Assembly (NCBI RefSeq): GCF_009914755.1
Contig: NC_060937.1
Strand: one strand, 5' to 3'
DNA length: 64,000 nt
DNA from: the human T2T-CHM13v2.0 reference genome, Homo sapiens
Part shown: in pieces, positions 17,540-38,524 of the stretch
Numbering within the stretch: position 1 is the first letter of the stretch
How the letters are laid out: each line of letters starts with the position of its first letter
Translations under genes and position numbers: made by a program
Notes under the pieces: model-generated
Database searches by the model: none
Seen by the model: only the letters and a program-made list of their open reading frames with translations
Told to the model about the DNA's origin: nothing

Positions 17540-18800
17540 TCTGCACAGCAGGGAAAATTAAATGTTCAGTAAAGACTGTACCTACCAAACAAAAGGATGA
17601 ATCATAATTTGTTTTTTTAACTTTAAACAAAATAGTTTAACTAGTTTATTTGACTGTAAAAAAAATAGTTTGAAAAGATAGTCCCTGCACATTATTATCT
17701 ACCCTAAGGACAATGTAAACTGCAAAAAAAAAAAAATTTAAATTATTTTTAGAAATCATATTATGGGTAATAGTGTTGATACTGTAAGATAAAATAAATG
17801 AATAAGTATGTTGATATCAAGAGCTGGGATTAGGCTAGGGAGAAAAAAGAACAGATGAAGGGAGAAAAGAGATACAGATGTAAGAGTAAAGAGATTAAGT
17901 CAAAACACTGGTGTCCTGAATCTGATTTGGAAATACCCACATAAATTCATGATATGTTTATCTTTAAATATAAACATAAAAGGAGTTAAAGCTGCTAGGA
18001 AAAATGGTTGATTCCACAGCTGGGGCAAAAACTGTTCAGGGAGCCTAAAACATCTGTCATACCAGAAAATGAGGAAGTTGCAAAGACTAATAGTATACAT
18101 TCAAAAGACTCAGGGCCCAACTTCGATAGACTCCCACTAGCCAAAGACAGCCAAAGCGTGGCACAGGGATGATAACTGTAATGAACAGCACATCAGAACT
18201 GTTTAAATCCATGAGCTCACAATCATACTCATCAAAATATACAGAACAAGCAATAACAAAAAATCCATTAACTCCACAGGAAAATGCTGGAGAATCACTC
18301 ATTATTTTGAAAATCGGTTTTAAAAAAAAATAACAAAATTAATCATTTCTCCTGCCTTTCCTATAGGTGTACTGTAACTCAGAGTATCAAAGAGTTGATA
18401 ATGGCAAAGTTTCTCTTTATGCAAATATTTCAGCTAATAAATGAGGAACTGGAATATCACCACTTTGCAAACTCCTAACAAATTAATGCATCTTAAGCAA
18501 TGATCATGAATGGCTCCAAATACCACACACACATAACCAGACCTAAGCGAGGTATCTCGAAGTGGCAGGTGGTACACACCCTCACCTACAAAGTACTCCT
18601 GCCAAAGGGAGGAGGGGGGAAAATAAAACCTGAATCACATCAAGCTTCTAGATCTAACTACTAACTTCTGGTACCAGATGGACATGTTAAATGATACAGC
18701 ATGCAAGGATGTAGAGGGTCACAAGAGGGGAGGAGGGATATGCAATGAGCCCAATCTAGACCCTGGGAATCCGTGCAGGGCAAACAACACGGTTTCTTCA
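17540..18800 (+). mobile_element. Old L1 (L1MC/ME) 3' UTR remnant
   Basis: aatggttgattcc...ggggcaaaa, tttaaatccatgag, tatcaccactttgcaa motifs. Confidence 0.55.
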
Positions 18801-18817
18801 ATTAGAAAGTACACACG

Positions 18818-19976
<1,159 letters not shown>

Positions 19977-20482
19977 CTAAAATACAAAGACCAACAAGCA
20001 GCATAGATACAAATGGAGAAGCTGCCTGTGTCCTGGTTTGGCCCACACAGAGGATTCCCAAGCTCCTCCTTCCTCCTGCCCCCCCTGCAGGCTCTAAGTG
20101 GGTGGATACTTGCTCAGTCTCCAGTCCCCATCACAGTCTCCATGGAGGTGCACATAGGGGACAGATGTGCTGGAAATTTGCGGGCTGTTCTGTTCTAATT
20201 AGCATTTGCCTGGAAGAGCACCATGTTCACCATTAGACTAGTACTTGTTTCTCTGGGCATTATAATCATTCCTCAACTCTGACAATCGTTCCTAATCTCA
20301 CTTGCATTACTTTGAAATTCCAACCTCAAAGACTCCCCGCAAACTGGTGTCACCATCTCTCTTCCTGCTGGTGCCATCATTAGTACCCAGGGAAGGCCCT
20401 GCTTGCCTTCAGCTTAGTTAAGAGTATATGGCTAGGGAGTTATGGATCCACTGCACAGTTGTTCTGTAACCAGAGGAATTAA

Positions 20483-20612
20483 CCCATCTGTGCCTAGCAT
20501 TCCATTATTGGAACACTAAGCTTGTGGGAGTTTATATTCTACTGTTCAACCTCATCGCCAAGGTCTGATCTTTCACACACAAAAAAAATTGGCAACCTCC
20601 GGCATAAGTGGG
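20483..20612 (+). mobile_element. MER85 piggyBac (PGBD3-derived) MITE, full length
   Basis: TTAA target sites at 20479-20482 and 20613-20616. TIRs CCCATCTGTGCC/GGCATAAGTGGG. Internal palindrome (A)TTCCATTATTGGAAC and catcgccaaggtctgat core. Confidence 0.9.
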
Positions 20613-20777
20613 TTAAAAAAGGCCTAAAAGTCATCACAGAAGCTTTTTACTAAATGCTAGGTTAAGTTTAGAGCTTCCACTATCCAAAATACGAAGATCC
20701 ACAAGCAGCACAGACACAAGACCAAAAAATGAAAAGCATCTTCATTAAATCAACTGTGAAACTAACATTTGTTCTAA

Positions 20778-23145
<2,368 letters not shown>

Positions 23146-23148
23146 CAT

Positions 23149-23150
23149 GA

Positions 23151-23206
<56 letters not shown>

Positions 23207-23208
23207 AA
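23149..23208 (+). repeat. (GAAA)15 microsatellite at an Alu tail
   Basis: Perfect tetranucleotide run. Confidence 0.95.
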
Positions 23209-23261
23209 TCAATCAATCATAGCAGTTCCTGGTACATAGTATTTTTCAAGTACTCACTGTC

Positions 23262-23368
23262 AGTATTATTACAACTATTGCTACTATCACTGCTGCTGCT
23301 ACTACTACTACTGAGTACCAACCACTACTAATCCTGCTGCTGCTTCTACTAGCACTGCTGCTGCTAAG
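23262..23368 (+). repeat. Degenerate (CTA/CTG)n trinucleotide tract
   Basis: Directly visible. Confidence 0.8.
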
Positions 23369-25519
23369 CAGTACTGAGCATGAGCCCCCATATTTGCCAG
23401 GTCCTCCACTCCCTACTTTTCTGCCATGACTGCCCAATAACCACCCCGCTAAAAGACCAGCTCTCCACCAACTGTACCCGTATTAAAGCTCCCCTCGATC
23501 CGGGCCCCTTCCCACATGCCCACCAGCAGTAAAGATTACCATGCTCCTAGCACCAGAGTGGGGCCTGTCCTCAAGTCTCAGGAGAAATTCATGCTTCTAC
23601 AGCCTCTACTTCTGTGCCTGCTTCTCCCAAAAGCTTACCCAAATCTCATTGTAGTCCAGTCACCATCTGTGGGTTAGAGACCCCACCCCAAGTGGCTGGC
23701 AGCCCATGACAGCATGGACAGCCCTGAGCATGACAAGCTCAGTTCCTTCTAAATCATCCTGTTTTCAATTTCATAAGCAGCTGGTGACAAAGGGAAACTA
23801 GAGAAATGGAAGTAGCTGAGGGAGGCATGCCTCGAAACCTATGTGAGGCCATTGATTCCCACTACACCTAACCAGACACCTGGCATGAGCCTTAGACACT
23901 TACAGAGGCTCCATGGCTACCAGACAACTTCTCTGAGGTTGCACAGCCAAACTGGGCCAGGAAATCCTGCACACACTGGCCACATTGACACCGACTTGTC
24001 ATTCTATTTCTTTCCAACTGAAACTGATCGGGGCCATGTGGAAACACTATCGCTGGGACACCCCAGCACAGGTTGAAGAGGGGCTGGGAGAACCTGAGGG
24101 GCTCCTAGCCCTCTTCCACCCTCAAGTCAGTTCCACCGGTTATTCTGCATGTCCACCCCATCTGCCACAAAGCCACAGTAGCATGCAGGCAGGGCGGGTA
24201 CCCTCTCAAAGGTGGCATTCACCATCTGGCACCCTGGCCAAAACACCTTTGTCACCAATGAGACCATTCATCTCCCAGGACCGTCCAGTCCCCTGTTGTC
24301 TGACAGATTCCTCTGGTGTAGGGCAGAGCTCACCTACCTGCCTCCCACTGCCCACCGTGCCCTCCACAACAAAAAGCATGTTCAACAGGAGCAAACCCCC
24401 CCACATACAAACCAACCCCCTCCCCCCACCCACCTCATTCCCAACAAAATGCACCGTGAACAACTCCCCATCCTGCATTTAAAGCCACCCTTTTGTAGCA
24501 ACAGCAACATCCACCCCTCTAACTTTAATGGACCACTGACATCCCTAAGGTAGCACAGAGGACACAAGTCACCCAGCAGGACCCTCTGCATCTCCTCTAG
24601 CAGGCCAAAGACCAGAACGGACAAGCTACCTGGCAGTGTGCCTAGGCAGAACACTGTCTTTCTGCAGATCTCAAGAGAGGCCCTTCGGGGTAACAGAGGT
24701 TATTGCCCTTCTGGCTGTCTTTGATTTTTCATGGAATGTCCATTTATACATTCTCTGCAGGGCCAGGCACCAAGACTCTACCTTCCAACCAGCAATCCAC
24801 TCCGACAACAAGGAAGACACACCGGATGGGTGTGATGAATCCCCTTGGGTGCACAGTCCTCGGACCTTCTTCCCAGAGGGGATTTTGGCTCCCAGCACCT
24901 GGGCCCACTGGGAGGGGGTAGCTCTTGGGTGCTTCAGCCAGCTCCAGCCTCTGGGGCACCACTGCCAGCCCAGGTGCAAGGCCCTCAGCTCTGTTTCCCC
25001 GAGAGGGGAGAGGTGACAATACCTCTCCAGAAGAGCAATTATCAGATTTGGCTTGGTGAACAATTATTTGTTGAGCACCTGTAAAATGTCTTACATTATT
25101 CTGGGCTCCGATCCAAAATCACTTCCTCTAAACCACAGGGCACGCACTCCTCAAGGCTGTAGGATCCTCTTTTGACCAGGAGTGACTCTTAGCATTTAAA
25201 ACATTTACCGAGCACCAACATTGTCCTACCATAGAATAAAATACTCTTCTTCCATGACACTGCATTTTAATTGGTTACAAGAAAAACAATAATGACCTTG
25301 AACTTCAGTCACTTAAGTATTCACCTGGATAAATACGCTCACTGAACTAACTACCTAATACTTCCTAGACATGTTTAATCCTTAGACCTTAAAATACCTT
25401 CAAACCCCATCTGGCCACTTCTCCCTTCTGTTCCCCCATCCATTACAGCACCAGTCAATGGCGAGCACATTTACTCTATGTGTCCTGAAAAACAATTCAT
25501 GGTATGTAAAAGCTTTTAC

Positions 25520-25640
25520 CTCAATTAACGTAAAAATTCCCAAAACTAAATAAGATTTCCAGTAACACTTTATGATTGCTCTTGTTAAAGAAGGCTTCTG
25601 TGCGTCATTCTCAGCTCTTAAAACTTCTTTATCCCAGAAC
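25520..25640 (-). CDS. ABCC4: ABCC4 coding exon 3 (121 nt): (G)[40 protein letters not shown]
   Basis: Acceptor ctttttcctcatcgtAG|GTTC and donor ATTGAG|GTAAAA. Peptide visible in ORF 25400..25687; the phase fits exon 2. Confidence 0.97.
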
Positions 25641-26187
25641 CTACGATGAGGAAAAAGCTTCGTAAATAAGAGTGAACCCTGCCACAATATAAAACAGGGG
25701 AGATGGCAGAGTGACAGGTATGCATTTAAGACAGGGCATTTTGTGACGATTTCATAAATGCTACTAATTGCTCCCAGGGCTCCTGAAGGTTATGTGTGGT
25801 ACAGAATCTGGAGCATCAGAAAAACAGGCCTTGAGGGGAAGTCTGGGGAAACAAGTTACTGCCAAGCTTTACTGGATTGAAGCCCCATCAGTAGCACGGA
25901 TAAGCCAGACAACCTCCTCCAACCACAACACTTTCACCTAGAGGGACAGACCTCAGGCATCTCGGGCCTTTGGTGCTGGCTCCCCTGACCTCTACGGAGG
26001 CACAGGAAACAGGAGTTTCCCCCAGGCCACCATGGTAGGCTGAGCCTAGGGGCAGCCTGAGGAAGGTGACACATATTCACCTTAAGGGTAAACGGAGGCT
26101 CCAGACAGGACCCAGGAAGGCAAAACCCACTCCCCACACACAGACACCCACGCTTCCTTAATGCCCACTTTACTGCCTCCGACTTAC

Positions 26188-26298
26188 CCTTGCAACTCCT
26201 CTCCAAGGTGCTGTGAGCGGTCTTCTGGCAGCACTGAATACATATCATCTTCCTCTAATCTCCGTTTATGGCCAATTTTAAACAAGGGATTGAGCCAC
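26188..26298 (-). CDS. ABCC4: ABCC4 coding exon 2 (111 nt): (W)[36 protein letters not shown](G)
   Basis: Acceptor ctcttttctcttgttaacAG|GTGG and donor CAAGG|GTAAGT. The translation matches the MRP4 lasso region. Missed by the ORF track. Confidence 0.97.
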
Positions 26299-26379
26299 CT
26301 GTTAACAAGAGAAAAGAGACATATATCCAGAATTACACATCCGTGTTTAAGTAGACTCCTATCTCCATGGGTTTTGCTT

Positions 26380-26462
26380 AAACTTACCTTTAAAATACAT
26401 ACAGCTATATATAGACAGACAGATATGAATATATAGAGCTAGAGAGAGAAAAGTTAACATGT

Positions 26463-26499
<37 letters not shown>

Positions 26500-27110
26500 C
26501 CCTAGCTCTATCCACAGACAGGCCCCAGAAGCAATGACACACCAGTAGCTGAGAGCATGCTGGTGCCCAGATCTTGGTTTCCAAAACCATTATTATCTAA
26601 AAGGAACCAGAGCTTCCTGAAGAAATAGCTGATTCAAAGGCTGGGGCAGAAAAAGATGGCCCATGAGATACCATACGATAAGGAAACATTCAAGGAATCA
26701 AGAGGATGGGCCCAAAGAACAGAGGACCCAGCTTGACGGGGTCCCACTAGACAAGTCTGTGATAATGGAAGCATCCAAATAAATCATGACAGCAATGAAT
26801 TCTAACCCACTGAATAACAAAAGAATCCACGAATCCTTACTGAGACATAAATGGGGTAAGAAGGAAAAACTCTCAGATAAAGAATGATGAGGTTAGAAAA
26901 CATTTTCAATGGGAGCTAAAACCAGTCAGTGAAGGTTTGATGGGACATTTACATAATCCAAAATTATCTAGGTACAAATTATTTATTAGTTACGAAAGGA
27001 CAAAATAGTAATCTTGCAGAGGACAGAAAGAACTTATTCAAATATTTTGAGATTCTTTTTACTAAAAAAAAAGAAAAATCAAAATGGTCATCCATTAGGA
27101 ATCACTTAAA
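26380..27110 (+). mobile_element. Old L1 (L1MC-type) 3' UTR remnant adjacent to exon 2
   Basis: cctagctctatccac...cagaagcaatgacac...cccagatcttggtttccaaaaccat. Confidence 0.6.
26464..26497 (+). repeat. (CA)n microsatellite about 165 nt upstream of the exon 2 acceptor; reads (UG)n in the pre-mRNA
   Basis: Directly visible. Confidence 0.9.
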
Positions 27111-27114
27111 TGAT

Positions 27115-27182
27115 ATTAACATTATTAATCATTAAATGATAATAATTAACATCATTAATCATTAAATGATAATAATTAACAT
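27115..27182 (+). repeat. 30-bp AT-rich tandem duplication (1 mismatch)
   Basis: 27121-27150 versus 27151-27180. Confidence 0.9.
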
Positions 27183-27183
27183 G

Positions 27184-27790
<607 letters not shown>

Positions 27791-29100
27791 AGAAGAAGAA
27801 ACATATTTGTGCCCTATAAGGAAACCTCTAATAACTTTGATAGATGCAATTACTCAATTACACAAACTTCTTTCATCTTGGCTGTCTTATCTGGCCATGT
27901 GTCACCTTTAATAGGCATGTTTTATTTTAACATGGGGATTGTCTAATCTAGGAAGCCCTTCCCATGGGGAACCCACTGCCTGGTGGCTTCTGCCTGCAGT
28001 GAAATGGTGGGCTTTCAATGCCCCGTAAGATTGGAGCACACACTGCAGGGGTATCCAAGTTATGTTCAGGATTCCGGAAACCTCCTGCTGATCCAAACTA
28101 GCAATTCTAATTAACCCAATGGCAAGAAGAACTCATCAACTCACCTCTTTCTCCTCACCTCCTCCAAAATGTGTCCAGAAGACTGTAACCTAACCAGTCC
28201 AGCTTCAACTTAGGTGGGTTTCCCAGACATGCCTGAGATGACCTCTGCATGCCCGAGACCTCCCTTCCAGCAGAACCTCATACAGTATATTTCAGCAAGG
28301 ACTTCTAAGTAAAATTCACTGGTGTCTTTTTGGACTAAAGAGGTTTTTTTAATCAGGGAATAAAACTGGCTCCAGGAAGTTAAAAAATTAAGGAAAGTGA
28401 GAATGGTAACTCTGTTCCACAGGCTGAACAGTTAACTGCATAACATTTAGAAATATTAACAAGGAGGGATGCCACTGTTGAGTTAAAGTATCTGCAATCA
28501 GAAGAGACCCAAAGCTTCTATTAGAGGATGACACAAATCAGTAAGGACTTAACAAGGACCCTCCTACTCTCTCTCATTGCCCAGATCTCAAAAAGCTGGG
28601 CTGAAAAGATGTGGGTACCAGCAAGAGCTAAAGGCTTTTGCCTGATGACAAAAGTCAACTTTGACAAGAGACTAAATTATCTTTGACCATCTATGTAAGG
28701 ACTTTATACATGGAAATCTAAGTCAGTTGGCTCCTTAATACCAATGTGTCCCTGAGGGGGTCTAGTCAACAATTCCAGACCACTGCCAAATGAGCCATTC
28801 CTCCACCCAGTTCTGCCCCAGTAGCCCTTCTCTCCTCAGACTTAGTCTCTTCTCCCCCTTATCTCCCACAATACTTAGTACAGCAGCATCGCTTCCCTCC
28901 TAACTGTCCTACTAGGAGTACAATGCTTTCAGGGCAATGACTACTGCCATATTATTTGGAATCCCCATTATGCCTGGTATGTGATAGATACTCAATAAAC
29001 AGTTATGGAAAGAATGAATGATTGTATTATTGAATAAGACAGATGGGTAGAGTACCTTGAGCAATGATCTAGGGTAAAATTCAATACAAACTCAATATAG

Positions 29101-29658
<558 letters not shown>

Positions 29659-30370
29659 TAATGTGGTATAAGAGGGAAAACACAGGTCCCAGCTCCCTGT
29701 CTCTGTGACCCTGACCTGAGTCTTCAGTTTCTATGAGCTTCATGTTCCCCATAGCCACAAGTAAAGGAGGAAATAAAAGCTAACTTATCTTTGGTAAATC
29801 CCCTCACTTTCTCTTTCCCTCTCTCCTTTTGTCCCCTTTCAGCTCTCTTTTAGCCCTCTCTGCCTCCTTAAAGGCCCTTTCTATTTCTCTTCTCCTCCTC
29901 TTTCCTGACCTTTTTGTAACAACTGGCCATGATGGAACTAAAATAATTATTTCATTACTTGATACTCATTGAATCAAGATTGTTCTCTCTTTAATGGACA
30001 AGTTCAATATTTTATATTCTTCAGAAGCCAAGCCTAATAAAACCTTTTTCAATGGATTATGCATTTGCATAACCCTAAAATTATAGTCTATCAAAGAAGA
30101 AAAGTTTCCCCCAACTTTATTAGAAATAAACAATACTAAAAGAAGAGACTAGGGAGGGAAGGTCCTCTCTGCTGTATACCTCCTGAACTTAGGCCTGGAA
30201 TCACGGGATCCAGGAGGTAAGCGAGAAGGCAGGTTTGTGCTCAGACCTGCAGACAGCAAAGCTGTGAGCTAAGCTGAGAGTTTAGAGAACAAGGAAGGCT
30301 AAGGGCAGGTTGAATGAAATCCCCTGTGGCAGGCTACTGAAGGAGTTCACTTGTGTCTCTCGATGCTATA

Positions 30371-31380
<1,010 letters not shown>

Positions 31381-31893
31381 TACATCTATAAAGAGAGTGA
31401 AATAGATACACAGGACTTTAACTAGATGACCTTTATGTTTCCTTCCATGAACTTTCTCTATTTGGAAGCCACAAAATAGTAAAGGACTAGAATTCTGGTG
31501 CCAGGAATTCAACACTTATTTTAAACAGTATCTGCTGTCTGGTGACCACCCTAGACTCTGAACTTCTAATCTTGGTATCTTTAAATCTGAATGCCTTTTA
31601 TTCCTCATTCAGTTTCCACTGTTCTTCCTCACCTTCCTGTGTTTCTAAGGAAAACACCTGAGAATGCCTCTCCCCTCCCCACGCCTCCACGATAGAAAGG
31701 TTAGTGCACGGCCAACCATGACTGCCCCGGGCTTTCTCCAAAACAGCTCCATTGAAGAAATGATGCTGAGTTTCCATTTTGCACACTGACCCTCCCATGG
31801 GGCTCACCCTCTGCCTTTACCTACGCTTAAATTTTCTCTGTAGCATCTGTCGCCATTTGAAAGGCTATTGCATTTCACTTTTTTTAAAAATCA

Positions 31894-32801
<908 letters not shown>

Positions 32802-33977
32802 TGACACTACACACAGAATTTCTCAGAGTATTATATGTTTTTTCTAAATCTAGTCTTAATAAGCTTTCAACCTCTTTATATATATAAAATAGTTTTCTGA
32901 AATGATGGTCATAATTTTGCTTAAAAAAAAACACAAAAAACATTGCTAGTGCCTAAGGGCACATACAATACCCCTGACTCATAACCAACTGCTGATTCAA
33001 CACCTCCTCCTCTTGGGTGTCTGATAAGCATATCAAACTAAATAATGTCCAAACAGAACACCTTTTCATCCCACAAAAAAATCCTGCTCCTCCCAGGCTT
33101 CTCCCTCTCAGTTATCAGCCGTCACATCTTTCCCCTTGCCCAGATTTTCCAAAGAAAAGAAAACCTTCAGGTGACCCTGCAGCCCATCCCTTCTTTGTCA
33201 CTCTTTGATAGGACACATCTAAGCCATCCAAGTCCTATTACTTCAACATGCAAAGTATATCCAGAAACAGTCACATTGACCCTATAAGGCTCACCCTCTG
33301 CCCCTGCCCAAGCTTAAATTTTCTACTCAGCACCTGTCAACATTAGAAGGGCTATTATATTTCACTTTTTTTGAAATCATGTTTTCCCCTGGAGGCATCT
33401 AGGCTCCACAAGGATGGGGTTTTTCTGTGTTGTTTGCTGCTAAGCCACCCACACCTACAACATGCTGGGCACATAGAAGTCACCCAGATTTGTCACGTGA
33501 ATGAACACATCCTGTAAAAATTACCTATTTTAACATATTTAAACTCCAAAATCCATTACGAGTCCATGATATCAACTTCTCAGTTACAAATATAAATATT
33601 AAATAATTTACAGATATAAATAAGTCTGCAATAGCAAAAGTTTCCTAAAGGCCTGGATTCTGCAAATGGGTTTCAGAAAGAGGGTGCAAGGACACACACC
33701 AGTGCAAATGTGCATTTTCTCGTAGGTAAGTGACTGAGTGCTGGGGAGGAAGGAATGGTGTAGCCCACCGCCAGCACACTTCTCGTGTAACACTCCAGCA
33801 ATTCTGCTCAGACCCCAAAACCTGAATGCCTAAAAGAAAACAAAATCCTTCCAAAGTTCACCAGGGCCTCTGTCCTTACAAAGTTTCCCATGGCCTGGCT
33901 CCAAGGGGAGCCCGACACACCTGATTTCTTCAATCTCCTCCCATTCTCTGTAGTCCAAAATAGCCATTCTCCATGCC

Positions 33978-34025
33978 CTAAAGTTCAACGATCACCAGAC
34001 ACTAAAGTTCAACGATCACCAGACA
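33978..34025 (+). repeat. Perfect 24-bp tandem duplication CTAAAGTTCAACGATCACCAGACA x2
   Basis: Directly visible. Confidence 0.95.
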
Positions 34026-35555
34026 CAGGCATCGCTGGAATGGATCTCGCGTGAGGGTAGAGCACCCACACCACAGGTGTTCTCAACATGGTCCCAACCC
34101 AGCTTATCTCGGCCCATGACCAAGTAAATTAAACTCAGGTGGCACCTGTAAAGCTGTGATCTTCTGTTATTTTTCCTCTAACGTTCCTCCCTTCCTAAAA
34201 CACGCTCAAAGCCCATTTTCTCATCCCTTCCCGCTTCACTCTACTACCTGTTGTTTCTATGTCAACCTAAGCAACAGGCAATGTGGACCCTGTCCACCTC
34301 TCTTCCGGGTCCCCCAACCCCCCTCCACACCTGCACTCTGGGTTCAACATGGGTCCTTCCATGCCATAGGCACCTCAGAGATTTCCTACTACGGAGCTTC
34401 AAAGCCTTCTCTGGTTCATCCACAGCCTTCTTGTCTCCCTGTTCTCCCACCAGCTAATCCATGCCTTTCACTTCTTCACAGGGCCCTCACTTTATAATCC
34501 CATCTTCCCAGCACTTTCCCACACGACAACCAGTACCAAGCATCTACAGCCATTGTGCATGATTAGCCATCTTAGTCTTCTTCCTTAAAAAAAGATGCAC
34601 TTGGCATATTTGTACACAATTTAGTAACAGAATAAAATGAAGAAATGTGAGTAAGATTTTTTTTTAAGAGACAGGTTCTCACTTTGTCACTCAGGCTGGG
34701 GTGCAGCGGCATAATCATAGCTCATTGAAGCTCCTGGGCTCAAGCAACCCTCTCGCATAGCTGAGACTGGAGGTGCATGCCATCATGCCCGGCTAAGTGA
34801 GTAGGATATTAATTATTTCTGCAGCCCAAGTTATGCGGCTGACTCATAAGGAGATGAAAGCATTGTTCATTGCAACTAGCAAGTGAAGGATCTGACGACT
34901 AGCCAGAGATGCCATACTATATAGTCAGCAAGGCCCGTGTGGCCACCTGCTAGATGCAGAGCTCATTGTTGCCAAGATCCTTCTGAGCCCATCAGTGTAT
35001 GATGTTGACTATCCTCTGAAAATCAGGCCATTGGCCGGGGACTGTGGCTCACGCCTGTAATCCCAACACCTTGGGAGTCTGAGGCAGGAAGATTGCTTGA
35101 GCCCAGTAGTTTGACACCAGCCTGGACAACATGGCAAAACCCTGTCTCGACAAAAACATACAAAAAACTGGCCAGGTGTGGTGGCAGGCACCTGTAGTCC
35201 CAGCTACTCAGGAGACTGAGGTGGGAGAATCACCTGAGCCTGGGAAGTCAAGGCTGCAGTGAGACGTGATCGTCTCATTGCCCTCCAGCCTGGGTGACAG
35301 AGTGAGACCCTGTCTCAAAAAAAAAGAAAAAAGAAAAATCAAAAAAAAAATCTGGACATTAATTAGTGCCTGTTCAAATCAAGCGCTTTCTTCCAAACGA
35401 TTAAACTTCATCTCTCATAAGAGATGACATAGTTCTCTCTTGCTTCCAAGCTCAAATAACCACTTGCCAGACTAAGGAATAAGACTCCTTAACAAAGCGA
35501 GCATCTGAAGCTACTCATTTAAGTTTGCGCACCAAGAAGCACAGAGAATAATATA

Positions 35556-36413
<858 letters not shown>

Positions 36414-37831
36414 TTATCTTGATGCTTTCCCAGATTGCTCAAAGTTTATCTGTCCCTGGGAAATAAATATGAGTGTCTTTAATTTAAGACATGTGTCATG
36501 TAACTCAGCGCACAGCCATGCCCCACACATAAGCCTCACTTATGTGAGCCCACACATGCCTGCAGGAGCGCCAACATGCCTTTCCAGGTGCATTTGTCCC
36601 AACAAGAACCAGATCCCATTTGTCACAACAAGAACCCTTTCTCTCTACACCTTTGCCTCCATCACTGTGGCCCAAGGCACCATGAATTTTCAGGACCCCA
36701 ACAGCCTGCTAGCTGGCCTACCCACCTTCACCCTTGGTTTCCCTGTGATCTTTCAATAGAAAAGCCAGAGTGGATTCTTAAAAATATCACGCCATGCTGC
36801 TCTCCTGCAGTAGAAAAACAATGAAACTCATGGTGGGGTGCTGTGCTTGACTGGGTCCCCTTCGTTCAGTGTTCCAGCCACCCTGGCCTGATGTGTTTCT
36901 GACAGTCTCCCACATTCCCGTTTGTCCCCTTGCGTGCGAGCAAATGCTTTTCCCCATCTTCTCCCATGATTAGATCTTCTCTCCTGCAGGTCTCAATCCC
37001 CAGAAAGTCCTACCCTTGTGTACAAAAAACCAAACATACCCTCATTGTCGATCATTTATATCCTCATTCTCACTTTCTTTACCCATTTACTACAATCTAT
37101 TTGTGTAGATACAAAAAAATGCACTTAATTACTTTGTCACTTTCCCCTCTAGAACAAAAGCTCTCTGAGGGCAGGATTTTTTTATGGTGTTCACTGGGCC
37201 AGGGACCAGGCGAGCCACTCAAAACTGCGGGGTGAACGAGTGAGTGACTCTCCACCCAGGCTGAAGAGCAGCAGCAGAGAACACCCACATCTGGGGCCCA
37301 GCAACCCTCTTTAAGCGCCTGCAGGAGAAGGGGAATGTGCAGGTCACTTGAGGTCAGTAAATGATTGAACAGATGCTCTAGCCTCACTCAATAAATCATT
37401 TATTATTGAAAGAATAATGCATTGTAAAGTACTTTCAGGTGTGGCAAATTATTAATCATTGGTTAGTTTTCCTTGAAGAGTCTGCCAGCCCTGCCTGCGG
37501 GAGGCTGCTGGGCCCGGCCTGGGGGCTACATTGGGGCAGGGTGGAGAAGGAGGTAGGCTGCTCAGAGTCAGGGACTCTGGAGAGCAGGAGCTGGGTGCAG
37601 GGAGACACAATGACAGATCTCACAGGAAAACCCACTCTACCTCATTAGAAATGCCTTCCCCCGGCTGGGCATGGTGGCTCACGCCTGTAATCCCGGCACT
37701 TTAGGAGGCTGAGGCAGGTGGATCACCTGAGGTCAGGAGTTTGAGACCAGCCTGACGAACATGGAGAAATCCTATCTCTACTAAAAATTTAGCCAGGCGT
37801 GGTGGCACATGCCTGTAATCCCAGCTACTCA

Positions 37832-37936
<105 letters not shown>

Positions 37937-37981
37937 TCAAAAAAAAAAAAAAGGAAGAAAAAAAGAAACGCCTTCCCCTAA

Positions 37982-38190
37982 GGCAAGGTTTCTCAGCCTC
38001 AGCACTACTGGCATTTGGAGCTGAAAAACTCTTTGTTGGGGGTGTCGTCCCGTGCACTGTAGGATGGTTAACAGCATCCCTGAACCCCACCCTCAAGAAG
38101 CCAACAGCATCCCCATCCCAAGTCCTGACAACTAAAATTATCTGAGGCATTGCCAGGGTGGCAAAATCACATGGATCAGAACCACCGCAC
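37982..38190 (-). mobile_element. MER20 MITE
   Basis: tttctcagcctcagcactactggcatttgg...gtgcactgtaggatg...ggcaaaatcac. Confidence 0.7.
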
Positions 38191-38524
38191 TAAAGTTTTT
38201 TACAGCCTTTCTGGACAGGCTATAGAATCTTAAATCAAATGTTGACCTCAGACAGAAGTTGCAAGACAATGACAGCAGTCTTTTAGCCACGTTAGCAAAT
38301 GATATAAACCCATTAGTAAATCCACCGGTTCAATTCCACTCCAAGAGTTCAAGGCATCTATGTTAACAAAGAATTACAGTAAGATGGGACATGTTACATC
38401 TGTGTAGTGTGCGGAAAAAAAAAAAAAAAAGATGGGACACATGTGGACACAGGCTATGCACAGACTCTACTTCTGGGCTTTCTAAGGGATCAACATCCCA
38501 GCTCACGAGACTCATCTTCTGTAC

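Noticed and set aside
23843-25084. Cluster of overlapping ORFs on both strands
   Set aside because: Expected in stop-poor GC-richer sequence; no recognisable protein, poly-A or TSD to suggest a retrocopy.
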